The position numbers and the translations under genes were made by a program. From an uncultured Candidatus Midichloriaceae bacterium (GTDB lineage Bacteria > Pseudomonadota > Alphaproteobacteria > Rickettsiales > Midichloriaceae), in contig CAJQNX010000096.1 in the NCBI GenBank assembly GCA_905479795.1, positions 1 through 39,598 of the forward strand: a DNA stretch of 39,598 bases, written 5' to 3'. The notes under the pieces are model-generated. The model had not been told where the DNA came from. It did not search any database and saw only the letters and a program-made list of their open reading frames with translations. How positions within the stretch are numbered: the stretch's first letter is position 1; the number at the start of each line of letters is the position of its first letter. Below, in pieces: positions 22,864-32,654 of the stretch.

Positions 22864-22940
22864 GTGTCCTTAGCTCAGCTGGACAGAGCAACAGCCTTCT
22901 AAGCTGTGGGTCGGAGGTTCGAATCCTCCAGGACACACCA
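22864..22940 (+). tRNA. tRNA-Arg (anticodon TCT)
   Basis: Acceptor stem GTGTCCT/AGGACAC, D arm AGCTCAGCTGGACAGAGC, anticodon arm ACAGC-CTTCTAA-GCTGT, T arm GGAGG-TTCGAAT-CCTCC, and encoded CCA. Confidence 0.97.
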
Positions 22941-22955
22941 CTTAAACATCTTACT

Positions 22956-24062
22956 ATGTTTCTTTACGAGAAAAATATATACAAAAATTTATTTTTTCCA
23001 TTTCTACTAATCACTTTTGCTATTTGTGGTATAGCCTGGATAGTTCAATCCATTAGATATTTGGAAATAATATTGAGTCAAGGAGCAAGAATATTAGACT
23101 TTATTAATTTAACTATATGCCTCATTCCATTACTACTTTTTATTATATTACCAATATCATTATTTCTTACTATACTATACGTCTATAAAAAATTTTTATT
23201 TGATAGTGAAATTATTGCTTTATATTCCTTAGGTGTAGTTAGAATTAATATCATTAAACCATTTGTTAAATTTTCTATCTTGGTTACAATTGCCCACCTA
23301 TTACTTTCATTTTACCTATTACCAATTAGTTCTAATAAATTTAAAAATCTAAAATTAAATATCAGCCAAAGTTCAATTATCAACCTACTGCAATTCAATA
23401 CCTTTATATCAAAAATAAGAGGATTAACTATATTTATAGAAAAAAAAGAGGGGGATAATTTGCTTAAAAATATATTAATTAATGATTCTAAAAATGTAGA
23501 TAAAGATATTACTTTTATAGCCAGTTCGGGAAAATTTTATAGTAATAACAAGCTTTACAGATTAATTTTATATGATGGTACAAAAATAGAGTTTCAAAAA
23601 AATAAACAAAGATACTCTATGATCAAGTTTTCTGAATTTACAATAGATTTAAATCAAGGAGAAAAATCTAATAATAAGCTAATTGATGATAGTTATGAGC
23701 TGACTGTGCCGGAATTGTTATTTTCCAATAATATTCCTGATAACAAGATTAAAAAATTTAGAGCTCAAGGTCATTTTAGATTGATATGGCCACTAACTTC
23801 AATATCAATGGCAGTTAGTATTTTATATTTTTTAACACGAAGAGAAGAAAGTAGAATACAAAATTTCAAATTGAATTTTTATAGCTTTCTTTCAATGATA
23901 TCAATTATAGGATTTAATTTATCATTTTATATATTTAACCAAGTCAGCTATAAATATTACCCAATTGTGTATATATTTAATATTTTTTTACCTTTAATTA
24001 TATATTATAAATTATATAGGCATAATAATAAAAATTTGCTTTTAATTAATCCTCTAATCTAA
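22956..24062 (+). CDS. LptF/LptG family LPS export permease
   Basis: Three N-terminal TMs, ILPISLFL...DSEIIALYSLG motif, a periplasmic beta domain and three C-terminal TMs. More LptF-like; the partner gene is not adjacent. Confidence 0.85.
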   Translation: MFLYEKNIYKNLFFPFLLITFAICGIAWIVQSIRYLEIILSQGARILDFINLTICLIPLLLFIILPISLFLTILYVYKKFLFDSEIIALYSLGVVRINIIKPFVKFSILVTIAHLLLSFYLLPISSNKFKNLKLNISQSSIINLLQFNTFISKIRGLTIFIEKKEGDNLLKNILINDSKNVDKDITFIASSGKFYSNNKLYRLILYDGTKIEFQKNKQRYSMIKFSEFTIDLNQGEKSNNKLIDDSYELTVPELLFSNNIPDNKIKKFRAQGHFRLIWPLTSISMAVSILYFLTRREESRIQNFKLNFYSFLSMISIIGFNLSFYIFNQVSYKYYPIVYIFNIFLPLIIYYKLYRHNNKNLLLINPLI

Positions 24063-24649
24063 AATTTATGCCTTAATTTTAGGGCTAAAGCCAATGTTCC
24101 TTCATCAATATAATCTAATTCTGTTCCAATAGGTATACCATTTGCTAATCTAGATATTTTTAAATCTGCATTTTCTAGTAATTTTGCAATATAATGAGCT
24201 GTGGTTTGACCTTCAAGTGTTGAATTTGTTGCAATAATAACTTCTTTTATCTGAGAATTATTAAATCTTGCTTTAAAATTATCAAAATTTAAATTTTTAG
24301 GGCTGATACCTTCAATAGCAGATAATGATCCACCTAAAACATGATATATCCCATAAAAAGTTTTACTTTTTTCAATTGCCCATAAATCAGATATATTTTC
24401 TACTATACATAAAATAGCTTTATCTCTTTTATTACTTAAACATATCTCACATGGATTTGAAACATCAATATTAAAACAAATATTACAAGTTTGTATTTCT
24501 GTAAATGCATTTTCTAAAAGCTGTGAAAATCTCAGCATATTATCTTTATTTTGAATTAAATGTAATGCAATCCTTTTGGCTGACTTAGGTCCTAAACCAG
24601 GTAATTTGGAAAATGTCTTTATTAATTGTTCTAAGGAATTTATTTGCAT
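24059..24649 (-). CDS. recR: Recombination mediator RecR
   Basis: KLPGLGPKSAKR HhH, Zn finger CNICFNIDVSNPCEIC, YHVLGG, and EVIIATN...EGQTTA TOPRIM. Confidence 0.98.
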   Translation of the reverse strand: MQINSLEQLIKTFSKLPGLGPKSAKRIALHLIQNKDNMLRFSQLLENAFTEIQTCNICFNIDVSNPCEICLSNKRDKAILCIVENISDLWAIEKSKTFYGIYHVLGGSLSAIEGISPKNLNFDNFKARFNNSQIKEVIIATNSTLEGQTTAHYIAKLLENADLKISRLANGIPIGTELDYIDEGTLALALKLRHKF

Positions 24650-24658
24650 TTGACTGAA

Positions 24659-25378
24659 TTAGGGATAATTGACATTGTCTAAATGAGCACCACCATCTAA
24701 GGATATGATTTGACCCGTAATAGATTTATTATTTACTATAAAATTGATTGTATTGCAAATTTCTTCAACGGTACCACTATATCCAAGAGGATTATTACTG
24801 AAAGTTTTTTTAAAATTTTCTTCGCTTTGTTTAGAATTTTTCATTATCTGTCCAAGTGATATTCCATTAACTCTAGCTTTAGGAGCATAAATTTTTGCTG
24901 ATAACCTTGTGAAATCAGCAAGCATACGTTTGCTGAAATAATATGAAGTAAATTTTTTAGGCAGTTTATAAATTATGCTATCTAGTATATTTATGATATT
25001 AATTTGATTTTCAGAAATATTAAGATCTATAGTTGTTTTAGCAAGTAATGACGGAGCTATGAAATTAATTTTAAGTGCCTTCATTAAAGTTTCATTATTA
25101 AAACCACATAAAGAATCCATTTCAAAAATTGAGGCATTATTTATAATCAATTCTATAGAAACTTCTTGTGCAAAAAATTTGGAATTATTATCTTCAGAAA
25201 AATCATTTTTATATAATATACATCTTTTTTCTAATGAAATTATATGTTTTTGTAATTGAATAGCTTCGCTTTCAGAATTATTATAATGAAGAATAATATC
25301 CCATCCCTCTTTTGCTAAAAAAATCGCAACATTCTTTCCAATTCTTTTGGCCGACCCTGTGATTAATGCGTAAGACAA
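24659..25378 (-). CDS. SDR oxidoreductase, pteridine reductase/FolM-like
   Basis: ALITGSAKRIG cofactor motif typical of PTR/FolM, INNAS, YxxxK (YYFSK) and TGQIISLDGG. Confidence 0.8.
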   Translation of the reverse strand: MSYALITGSAKRIGKNVAIFLAKEGWDIILHYNNSESEAIQLQKHIISLEKRCILYKNDFSEDNNSKFFAQEVSIELIINNASIFEMDSLCGFNNETLMKALKINFIAPSLLAKTTIDLNISENQINIINILDSIIYKLPKKFTSYYFSKRMLADFTRLSAKIYAPKARVNGISLGQIMKNSKQSEENFKKTFSNNPLGYSGTVEEICNTINFIVNNKSITGQIISLDGGAHLDNVNYP

Positions 25379-25455
25379 TTGATTATATGTTAAGTTACTG
25401 CTACTATGGCTATATACATTGTATATAATGAAAATTTAAATTTTTAAACATTTTA

Positions 25456-27159
25456 ATGAGTGAAACAGATTTTTTACCAAGCGTTCTAATTCTTTTAGCA
25501 TCGTCTATCATAGTAGTTATTTTATTACATAAACTTAAAACTAGTCCAGTTTTAGGATACTTAATTGCTGGAGCAGTAATAAATGCCTATGGCTTAATAA
25601 AAGAGCCCGAGTATGCGCATTCCTTGGCAGAATTTGGCATAGTCTTTCTTTTATTTATGATTGGTTTGGAGCTTTCATTCGACAGACTGATAAAGATGAG
25701 ACTTCATGTATTTGGCTTTGGAGGTCTTCAAGTCCTCATAACATCTTCTATAATAGCTTTTGTGCTATATAAATTCTTTAATTTTTCAACATCAATATCT
25801 GTAGTAGTTGGAGCTGCTTTAGCATTGTCCTCTACAGCAATAGTATTACAAGTTATTGCCGAGGCAGGTAGGCAATCAAGCCAAGTTGGAAGATTGTCAC
25901 TCTCAGTATTGCTGATGCAAGATTTAGCAGTGGTGCCATTGCTTGCAATTATGCCGTTACTCGCAGATAAAAATGATAATATTATGCAAATAATAGGAAT
26001 ATCTGGGTTAAAAGCACTGGGAGTGATAATAGTAATAACAATATTTGGCAGATTATTTTTAAGACCCTTTTTCTCATTAGTTGCATCTGTAAAAACTGAT
26101 GAGGTATACGTTACCACGGCGTTATTAATTGTTCTGGGAGCCGCTTGGACTACAAGCATGCTAGGATTATCATCTGCTATGGGTGCGTTTATAGCAGGTA
26201 TATTAATAGCTGAGACAGAATATAGAAATCAAATAGAAGATAGTATACATCCATTTCAAGGATTGTTTTTAGGACTATTTTTCCTAAGCGTTGGCATGTC
26301 GATAGATATAGAATTTATCAAAGACAAATTTCAAGCAGTAATACTTGCTGCATTTGCTTTGATATTTATTAAGGCCACCATAATACTTGCTCTTTGCAAA
26401 TTATTCAAATTAAGATGGGGAGCAACCGTCCATTCTGCCCTATTATTATCTCAAGGTAGTGAATTTGCATTTATATTGTTTAATATGGCTGCAACTAAAG
26501 GAATAATTGATGCTAAAACTTCTGAATTCATGCTAATGGCTGTAGCAGTATCAATGGGGATAACACCTTTACTTGCAATGATAGGCTCTAAAATTGAAGA
26601 TAAAATGGATTCCAAGGAAGAGCTTGATAGCAATCAAGAATTTAAGGGTATTAATGATTTGAGTGATCATGTTATAATTGCTGGATTTGGAAGAGTTGGT
26701 AGAATTGTGGCTTATATGCTTAACAAAGAGCAGATGAATTACATAGCAATTGAAAGTAATTCAAGAATTGTAAAAAAAGCTAGACAACAAGGCTTTCCCG
26801 TATTTCAAGGCGAAGTTAGTGATACTAATATTCTACAAGCGTTGGGTATCAAGAGAGCTAAAGCAATGATTTTAACTATGAGTGATAGGGTCACACTTAG
26901 AAAAACTACAAAAAAAATTACCATTAACCATAAAAATGTTAGATTAATTTCAAGAGCAGCAGATTACAAGCATAGTAAAGATTTAAGAAAATTAGGAGCA
27001 GAAAGTGCAATCCCAGAAAGAATTGAGGTTGGTCTTCAATTAGGTGGGCATGCTCTGGAAAATCTAGACTCTGTAAAACATAACATTCTTGCTATAAAAG
27101 AAGAGATTCGAAGAAATAATTATTCAAAAATAGAGGAAAATGAGTTATTCAAATGCTAA
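25456..27159 (+). CDS. Monovalent cation:proton antiporter-2 (CPA2), KefB/KefC-like with TrkA-N domain
   Basis: SPVLGYLIAG, GIVFLLFMIGLE, LSSTAIV, LMQDLA and SQGSEFAF, with a C-terminal HVIIAGFGRVG Rossmann motif. Confidence 0.92.
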   Translation: MSETDFLPSVLILLASSIIVVILLHKLKTSPVLGYLIAGAVINAYGLIKEPEYAHSLAEFGIVFLLFMIGLELSFDRLIKMRLHVFGFGGLQVLITSSIIAFVLYKFFNFSTSISVVVGAALALSSTAIVLQVIAEAGRQSSQVGRLSLSVLLMQDLAVVPLLAIMPLLADKNDNIMQIIGISGLKALGVIIVITIFGRLFLRPFFSLVASVKTDEVYVTTALLIVLGAAWTTSMLGLSSAMGAFIAGILIAETEYRNQIEDSIHPFQGLFLGLFFLSVGMSIDIEFIKDKFQAVILAAFALIFIKATIILALCKLFKLRWGATVHSALLLSQGSEFAFILFNMAATKGIIDAKTSEFMLMAVAVSMGITPLLAMIGSKIEDKMDSKEELDSNQEFKGINDLSDHVIIAGFGRVGRIVAYMLNKEQMNYIAIESNSRIVKKARQQGFPVFQGEVSDTNILQALGIKRAKAMILTMSDRVTLRKTTKKITINHKNVRLISRAADYKHSKDLRKLGAESAIPERIEVGLQLGGHALENLDSVKHNILAIKEEIRRNNYSKIEENELFKC

Positions 27160-27177
27160 CTTAGTTTTGGTAACTAA

Positions 27178-28344
27178 ATGATTCCACATAGATTAGTCAA
27201 TTTTGCATTGTTATTCCATCAGGCTGTTAGTAAGGGCCTGCTGCTTTTCAGTAGTACAGTACTGGCGATTGTTATTGCCAATTCAAAATTTACCTCTCTA
27301 TATCATAATTTTATTGAACAAAATTTTCAAATATCCTTAGGGCAAAATTCTTTTTCATTATCAATACATAGTTGGATAAATGAATTTCTCATGGCTATTT
27401 TTTTTCTAATAGTAGGAATGGAAATAAAACGAGAGATGGTTGATGGCCATTTAAAAAGCAAATCTCAAAGAATTCTACCTATTGTAGCTGCTTGCTTTGG
27501 GGTGATATTCCCTGTGTTAATATACATAGCTTTTAATCATCAAGATGAGATTGCTATGCAAGCATGGGCAATTCCTGCTGCAACAGATATAGCATTTGCA
27601 CTGGGAGTTTTTGCAGTTTTTGCGAAAAAATTACCGTTGACATTGAGGGTTTTTTTAACTGCACTCGCCATAATTGATGATCTAATTGCTGTTATCGTAA
27701 TTGCCTTGTTTTACAGTGGCACTTTATATTTAGGTTATTTTATACCAATTATTCTTTGTTGTGTGCTTTTATATTTACTAAATAGGGCAAAAATTTCTGC
27801 ACTTGAGCCTTATTTAATCGTTGGGATATTTATGTGGTATTTCTTTTTCAAATCTGGAATTCACTCAACAATTGCTGGAGTTATACTTGGTATATTTATT
27901 CCATTAAAAATATCAAATAATAATTCTCCCTTAAAAAGACTTGAAAAAACATTAGCTCCATATGTTGAATATCTCATTCTACCTTTATTCGCTTTTTCAA
28001 ATAGTGGGATTTGTTTTGGTTCAATTAATTTAGAATCTTTATATCATCCCGTTGTTATAGGCATTGTGCTCGGATTATTAATAGGTAAGGCATTTGGAAT
28101 TTCATTGGCTGTACATATTTTAAAAGCTTTAAAAATCATAACACTGCCAGATAACGTGCGAATGAAACACTATTATTATATATCAGTACTTTGCGGTATA
28201 GGGTTTACAATGAGTTTATTTATTGGATTGATAGCCTTTGAACACAATGCCATGTATTTAGAATTGGCAAAAATAGGTATAATTCTTGGATCATTGATTT
28301 CAACAATTATAGCAATAGCACTAATGAAAATTTTTAAAGAATAA
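27178..28344 (+). CDS. nhaA: Na+/H+ antiporter NhaA
   Basis: WINEFLMAIFF, WAIPAATDIAFALG, LAIIDDL (catalytic DD), GKAFGI and GIGFTMSLFI. Confidence 0.96.
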   Translation: MIPHRLVNFALLFHQAVSKGLLLFSSTVLAIVIANSKFTSLYHNFIEQNFQISLGQNSFSLSIHSWINEFLMAIFFLIVGMEIKREMVDGHLKSKSQRILPIVAACFGVIFPVLIYIAFNHQDEIAMQAWAIPAATDIAFALGVFAVFAKKLPLTLRVFLTALAIIDDLIAVIVIALFYSGTLYLGYFIPIILCCVLLYLLNRAKISALEPYLIVGIFMWYFFFKSGIHSTIAGVILGIFIPLKISNNNSPLKRLEKTLAPYVEYLILPLFAFSNSGICFGSINLESLYHPVVIGIVLGLLIGKAFGISLAVHILKALKIITLPDNVRMKHYYYISVLCGIGFTMSLFIGLIAFEHNAMYLELAKIGIILGSLISTIIAIALMKIFKE

Positions 28345-28355
28345 TTTGATAATTG

Positions 28356-29597
28356 ATGATTAAGAATTTTGAGTGGAAAATTGCTAAAAGATACATTGGT
28401 TATAATAATAAATTTATTTCCTTAGTAAGTTATTTAGCAACTATTGGCATTGCTCTTGGGGTGATGACATTAATAATTGTTATGTCTGTTATGAATGGAT
28501 ATGAGGTTGAATTAGTTAAAAAAATACTAGGTATAAATGGTCATGTAACTGTTAGTAAGTATGATCAAAAAATTTTAAATCATACTGAGCTTATAAGAGA
28601 TATAAAAAATATAGAACATGTCGAATATGTCGCTCCATTAGTAACTGGGCAAGCTTTAGCTGAGAGTAATAAAAATTCCACAGGAGTGATGGTTAGAGGA
28701 ATGGACTTTGATTCATTGAATAAAAAACCGATCATGCAGGATGCTTTTATTATTAAAAATGACCAATCTAAATTTAACAAAAATGAAATTTATATAGGCA
28801 ATGCACTGGCTAAAAATCTAGGATTATATTTAGGTGATAAAATGAGGTTGATAGTGCCAAAATTTGATACCACAATACTTGGAGCCATTCCCAAAATAAA
28901 AACCTTTTACGTTTCAGGAATATTTGATGTTGGAATGTACGAATATAATGCAAGCACGGTTTTTATACCAATTGATACAGCGCAGTTACTATTTGGCACC
29001 GATCAATCAATTACAGAAATTGAAATTATATTAAATAACGTTAAAAATATTGAAAAAGTTAAAAGAGCTATTATTAAAGACATTCCTGATCAAAATATAA
29101 TACTTACTGATTGGGGGCTAGCAAATCAATCCTTAATAAATGCCTTAAGAGTTGAACGAAATACAATGTTTTTGATTTTGGTATTAATAATTATGATAGC
29201 CGCCTTTAATATAATTTCAGGGCTTGCAATGTTAGTTAAAGAAAAATATAAAAGCATAGCAATCCTTAGAGCAATTGGAGCATCTCGCAGCTCTATAATA
29301 AAAATATTTGTTTTAGCAGGTGCTTTTTTAGGTTTTATAGGAATAATATCTGGTTCAATGTTAGGTGTAGCCTTTGTGCTAAACATTAATGGTATTAAAC
29401 AAATATTGGAATCAACCACAGGTGCCACATTATTTGATCCAATGATTTATTTTTTAACTTCATTGCCATCAGAGCCAGATGTAGCTGAAATTATTAGCAT
29501 AGTTGGTATATCAATGTTATTATCATTACTCGCAACAATTTACCCTGCTTGGAAAGCTGCAAAAATGCTACCTGCAGAAGCTTTAAGATATGAATAA
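28356..29597 (+). CDS. lolC: Lipoprotein-releasing ABC transporter permease LolC/E
   Basis: GIALGVMTLIIVMSVMNG, IAAFNIIS, IAILRAIGA and YPAWKAAKMLPAEALRYE. ATG at 28356. Confidence 0.93.
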   Translation: MIKNFEWKIAKRYIGYNNKFISLVSYLATIGIALGVMTLIIVMSVMNGYEVELVKKILGINGHVTVSKYDQKILNHTELIRDIKNIEHVEYVAPLVTGQALAESNKNSTGVMVRGMDFDSLNKKPIMQDAFIIKNDQSKFNKNEIYIGNALAKNLGLYLGDKMRLIVPKFDTTILGAIPKIKTFYVSGIFDVGMYEYNASTVFIPIDTAQLLFGTDQSITEIEIILNNVKNIEKVKRAIIKDIPDQNIILTDWGLANQSLINALRVERNTMFLILVLIIMIAAFNIISGLAMLVKEKYKSIAILRAIGASRSSIIKIFVLAGAFLGFIGIISGSMLGVAFVLNINGIKQILESTTGATLFDPMIYFLTSLPSEPDVAEIISIVGISMLLSLLATIYPAWKAAKMLPAEALRYE

Positions 29598-29603
29598 GTG
29601 TAT

Positions 29604-30836
29604 ATGCCTAATTTAATTAATACGTTACAAAGTAGAGAGTTTATATATCAATCTACAAATTTAGAACAGCTAGAAAAAAAAGTTTCCGATAATAAAATTA
29701 AAGCATATATAGGTTTTGATTGCACAGCAAAATCACTGCATGTTGGAAGCTTAATTCAGATTATGATGCTACGCTGGTTACAAAAATTTGGACATCAACC
29801 TATTATTTTACTTGGAGGCGGTACAACAAAAATTGGTGATCCCTCAGGTAAAGATGCGGCAAGAAAGATGCTAGGGGATAATGATATAGAAGAAAATAAA
29901 AAATCATTAAAAAAAATATTCAACCAATTTTTGAATTTTGATTCAAAAAACAAAGCCATTATCTTAGACAATGATGAATGGTTAAGTGAATTAAAATATA
30001 TAGAATTTTTAAGAGATTTTGGTAAGCACTTCTCAATCAATAGAATGATAAATTTCGAAAGCGTTAAAATGCGATTGGACAGAGAACAATCTCTGAGCTT
30101 TCTCGAATTTAATTATATGCTTCTTCAGGCTTTTGATTTTTATCATCTATATAAAGACCAAGAATGCGTGCTACAAATTGGGGGTTCCGATCAATGGGGC
30201 AATATTATTAATGGTGTTGAATTAATTAGAAAAAAACTAGGAAAAGAGGTTTTTGGACTAACTTCTCCACTTCTTACGACTAGTAGTGGCACAAAGATGG
30301 GCAAAACTGAAAGTGGTGCAATTTGGCTGAATGATGATATGTTGTCTTCATATGAATATTGGCAATTTTGGAGAAACACTGAAGATGCCGACGTTGTAAA
30401 ATTTTTAAAATTATTTACTGAACTACCACTAGATGAAATTAATGAGCTCTCAAAATTAACCGGCAAAGAGATCAATAATGCCAAAATTATTTTAGCGGAT
30501 GAAGCAACTAAGTTATGTCATGGAATTGAAGCATCTATCAATGCAAAATCTACAGCTCAAAAAACTTTTGAGGACAATAGTGTTGGTGATAATTTACCAA
30601 AATTTAAAATTACTTTAAATGAGATAAATGACGACCTCCCTTTATTTAAACTACTGGTATTGTCTGGCTTATGCGAATCTAATGGTGCTGCAAGAAAGTT
30701 GATTCAAGGAAGTGGCGCTAGAGTTAATAATAATGTGATAAACGACATCAATTATATGATTCAACAAAACGATTTTCATGACAATAAATTAAAGCTTTCA
30801 GCTGGAAAGAAAAAACATGTATTAGTACAATTATAA
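29604..30836 (+). CDS. tyrS: Tyrosine--tRNA ligase
   Basis: YIGFDCTAKSLHVGS (HIGH), QIGGSDQWGNI, KMGKT (KMSKS) and C-terminal S4 domain. ATG at 29604 (alternative GTG at 29598). Confidence 0.98.
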   Translation: MPNLINTLQSREFIYQSTNLEQLEKKVSDNKIKAYIGFDCTAKSLHVGSLIQIMMLRWLQKFGHQPIILLGGGTTKIGDPSGKDAARKMLGDNDIEENKKSLKKIFNQFLNFDSKNKAIILDNDEWLSELKYIEFLRDFGKHFSINRMINFESVKMRLDREQSLSFLEFNYMLLQAFDFYHLYKDQECVLQIGGSDQWGNIINGVELIRKKLGKEVFGLTSPLLTTSSGTKMGKTESGAIWLNDDMLSSYEYWQFWRNTEDADVVKFLKLFTELPLDEINELSKLTGKEINNAKIILADEATKLCHGIEASINAKSTAQKTFEDNSVGDNLPKFKITLNEINDDLPLFKLLVLSGLCESNGAARKLIQGSGARVNNNVINDINYMIQQNDFHDNKLKLSAGKKKHVLVQL

Positions 30837-30887
30837 CTTGACTGAAATTATAAAAAGTTTTACCTTCTTAACAAATGATAATGTTGA

Positions 30888-30961
30888 TTAATATGAGCAA
30901 AAACACCTTTTCGAAAATTTTTATATGCCTTTTTATCGTAATTTTTGTGTCTGGTTGTGCA
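30888..30961 (+). repeat. Direct repeat copy 1 (start codon region + lipoprotein signal peptide)
   Basis: TTAATATGAGCAAAAACACCTTTTCG...TCTGGTTGTGCA, 72/74 identical to 31358..31431. Confidence 0.97.
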
Positions 30962-31342
30962 GGTAAAACAGCAAACCCTATAATGGTCTCACAATATGGT
31001 GATGAACAAAAGTCATGTAATGCATTGAAATTTGAAATGACTACAATGCAAAACAACATGCAAGATATATTGCCTAAAACAGAAAAAACAGGCAAAAATG
31101 TTGCTTTAGGAGTAGCAGGTGCGTTTTTTCTAGTACCTTGGTTTTTCATGGATTTTTCTAGTGCAGAGCAAGTTGAATACGAAGCTTATAGAAATCGTTA
31201 TAATCATCTTGCCTCTATAGCAATTTCAAAAGAATGTGGCATCGAAAAGAAAGTTTATCCTTCTGCAGAAGAGTTAAAAAAATTATACGAGCAAAAAAAA
31301 GACCAAGAAAAACTTAAAGATAAAGTTGAGACTAAAAAATAA
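30893..31342 (+). CDS. Hypothetical lipoprotein (lipoprotein 1)
   Basis: Signal peptide with lipobox VSGC, two further Cys (SCNAL...KEC) and a hydrophobic GVAGAFFLVPWFF segment. The start is set at ATG 30893 by alignment with the next gene. Confidence 0.8.
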   Translation: MSKNTFSKIFICLFIVIFVSGCAGKTANPIMVSQYGDEQKSCNALKFEMTTMQNNMQDILPKTEKTGKNVALGVAGAFFLVPWFFMDFSSAEQVEYEAYRNRYNHLASIAISKECGIEKKVYPSAEELKKLYEQKKDQEKLKDKVETKK

Positions 31343-31357
31343 TTGTTTATTATCGAG

Positions 31358-31431
31358 TTAATATGAGCAAAAATACCTTTTCAAAAATTTTTATATGCCT
31401 TTTTATCGTAATTTTTGTGTCTGGTTGTGCA
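31358..31431 (+). repeat. Direct repeat copy 2 (start codon region + lipoprotein signal peptide)
   Basis: TTAATATGAGCAAAAATACCTTTTCA...TCTGGTTGTGCA; the two differences (AAC/AAT, TCG/TCA) are synonymous. Confidence 0.97.
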
Positions 31432-31905
31432 AGAGATTTGTCAAACAGCATGTATGTTAGTGATTCAACAACAAACTTTACTCTAGAAGGACAAATTGTC
31501 TCTGTTCGCCCTGTAACAATTAGGGATTCAGATAGATTGCAAGACAACTCAACTGGTATGGCTACTGGTGCTTTGGTTGGTGGAGTTGCTGGAAGTGGAA
31601 TTGGAGGTGGCTCTGGAAGAGTTGGTGGTTTGATAGGAGGAGCTGTAATTGGAGGTTTAGTTGGGGCTGCTATGCAAGATTCACTTAGTACCAGCAAAGG
31701 CTTAGAGTATGTTATTAAAGTTGATATATCGAACATTAAAGATACTTATTACGAAGGAAATATGGCTTTAAGAAACGTTATTGCAACTGCAAGAGTTAAT
31801 GGTATGTTAACAATAGTACAATCTGAAAAAGATCCATTGCAAAAAGGGCAAAAAGTTTATGTAGTTTTCTCAGATAACCGCACAGGAGTAATCCCTACTC
31901 AATAA
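31363..31905 (+). CDS. Glycine-zipper outer-membrane lipoprotein (SlyB/Pcp-like) (lipoprotein 2)
   Basis: Lipobox VSGC; GQIVSVRPVTI followed by the glycine zipper TGALVGGVAGSGIGGGSGR..GGAVIGGLVGAA, then GLEYVIK and TIVQ...GQKVYV. Confidence 0.85.
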   Translation: MSKNTFSKIFICLFIVIFVSGCARDLSNSMYVSDSTTNFTLEGQIVSVRPVTIRDSDRLQDNSTGMATGALVGGVAGSGIGGGSGRVGGLIGGAVIGGLVGAAMQDSLSTSKGLEYVIKVDISNIKDTYYEGNMALRNVIATARVNGMLTIVQSEKDPLQKGQKVYVVFSDNRTGVIPTQ

Positions 31906-31919
31906 AATTCATAATTAAA

Positions 31920-32654
31920 ATGTCACTAAAAAATAAGTTTCTAGTTGTAGCATTACTTGTATTCACAAGCTGTGCACCCATTACCACCAGACAAACCTCT
32001 AACTATAAAGAAGTTATTGCCAAATATAATACAATAGCTTTATTGCCAGTTGAAGTGGAAATAAATTCAGTTGATGCAGGAGGAAAGACAAAGAGATTTT
32101 ATGATTATGAATATCATTTAGAAAGCCTCATTAAGGATAATATTATTCCTGAAATGAGATTAAAGGGATTTAAAATTTCTTTTTTAAGTAGAAAAGATGC
32201 GCATGATAAAGGAATTTATAATGAAGTTCTGCAACTAAGACAAAAATATAATGAAGAAATGAAGGCACTTCATGGTCCAAAATTTAAAGAAAAGAATGCA
32301 TCATCAATAGATGTAAATTTTGGGCAATACGCAACTCGTATCGGTGAAGTTGAAAACGCTGATTTGCTTATGATAGTAGATTTTTCTGGTTATGCTAGAA
32401 CAAGTGGCGCTGTTGCACTTAGCTTTTTGACAGGAATGGTAACAGGTATTTATTCAGGAGGACCTAGTGCAGGTTCATCAATGTTAATTAGTATAATTGA
32501 TGCTAAAAATGGTAAATTACTTTGGAATAACACTGCTCATGAAGCTGATGCGTTTTTCACTTCAAGTAGTAGCAATAGAGCTAAACAGGATAAGATAGAC
32601 AATCTAATGATCATTACGCTAATGAAAAAAATATTTAAGCCTTTTTTGTTATAA
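31920..32654 (+). CDS. Hypothetical lipoprotein (lipoprotein 3)
   Basis: Signal peptide with lipobox FTSC; alpha/beta pattern TIALLPV...ADLLMIV...SIIDAKNGKLLW, reminiscent of CsgG/TolB-N-like lipoproteins. Confidence 0.7.
   Translation: MSLKNKFLVVALLVFTSCAPITTRQTSNYKEVIAKYNTIALLPVEVEINSVDAGGKTKRFYDYEYHLESLIKDNIIPEMRLKGFKISFLSRKDAHDKGIYNEVLQLRQKYNEEMKALHGPKFKEKNASSIDVNFGQYATRIGEVENADLLMIVDFSGYARTSGAVALSFLTGMVTGIYSGGPSAGSSMLISIIDAKNGKLLWNNTAHEADAFFTSSSSNRAKQDKIDNLMIITLMKKIFKPFLL

Noticed and set aside
22864-22960. tRNA-Arg as an integration site for a prophage or island
   Set aside because: No integrase nearby and no duplicate of the tRNA 3' end seen; a housekeeping gene follows directly.
30868-31736. 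Minus-strand ORFs 30868..31149 and 31350..31736 sharing AQPDTKITIKRHIKIFEKVFLLIL
   Set aside because: This is only the antisense reading of the duplicated signal-peptide cassette.
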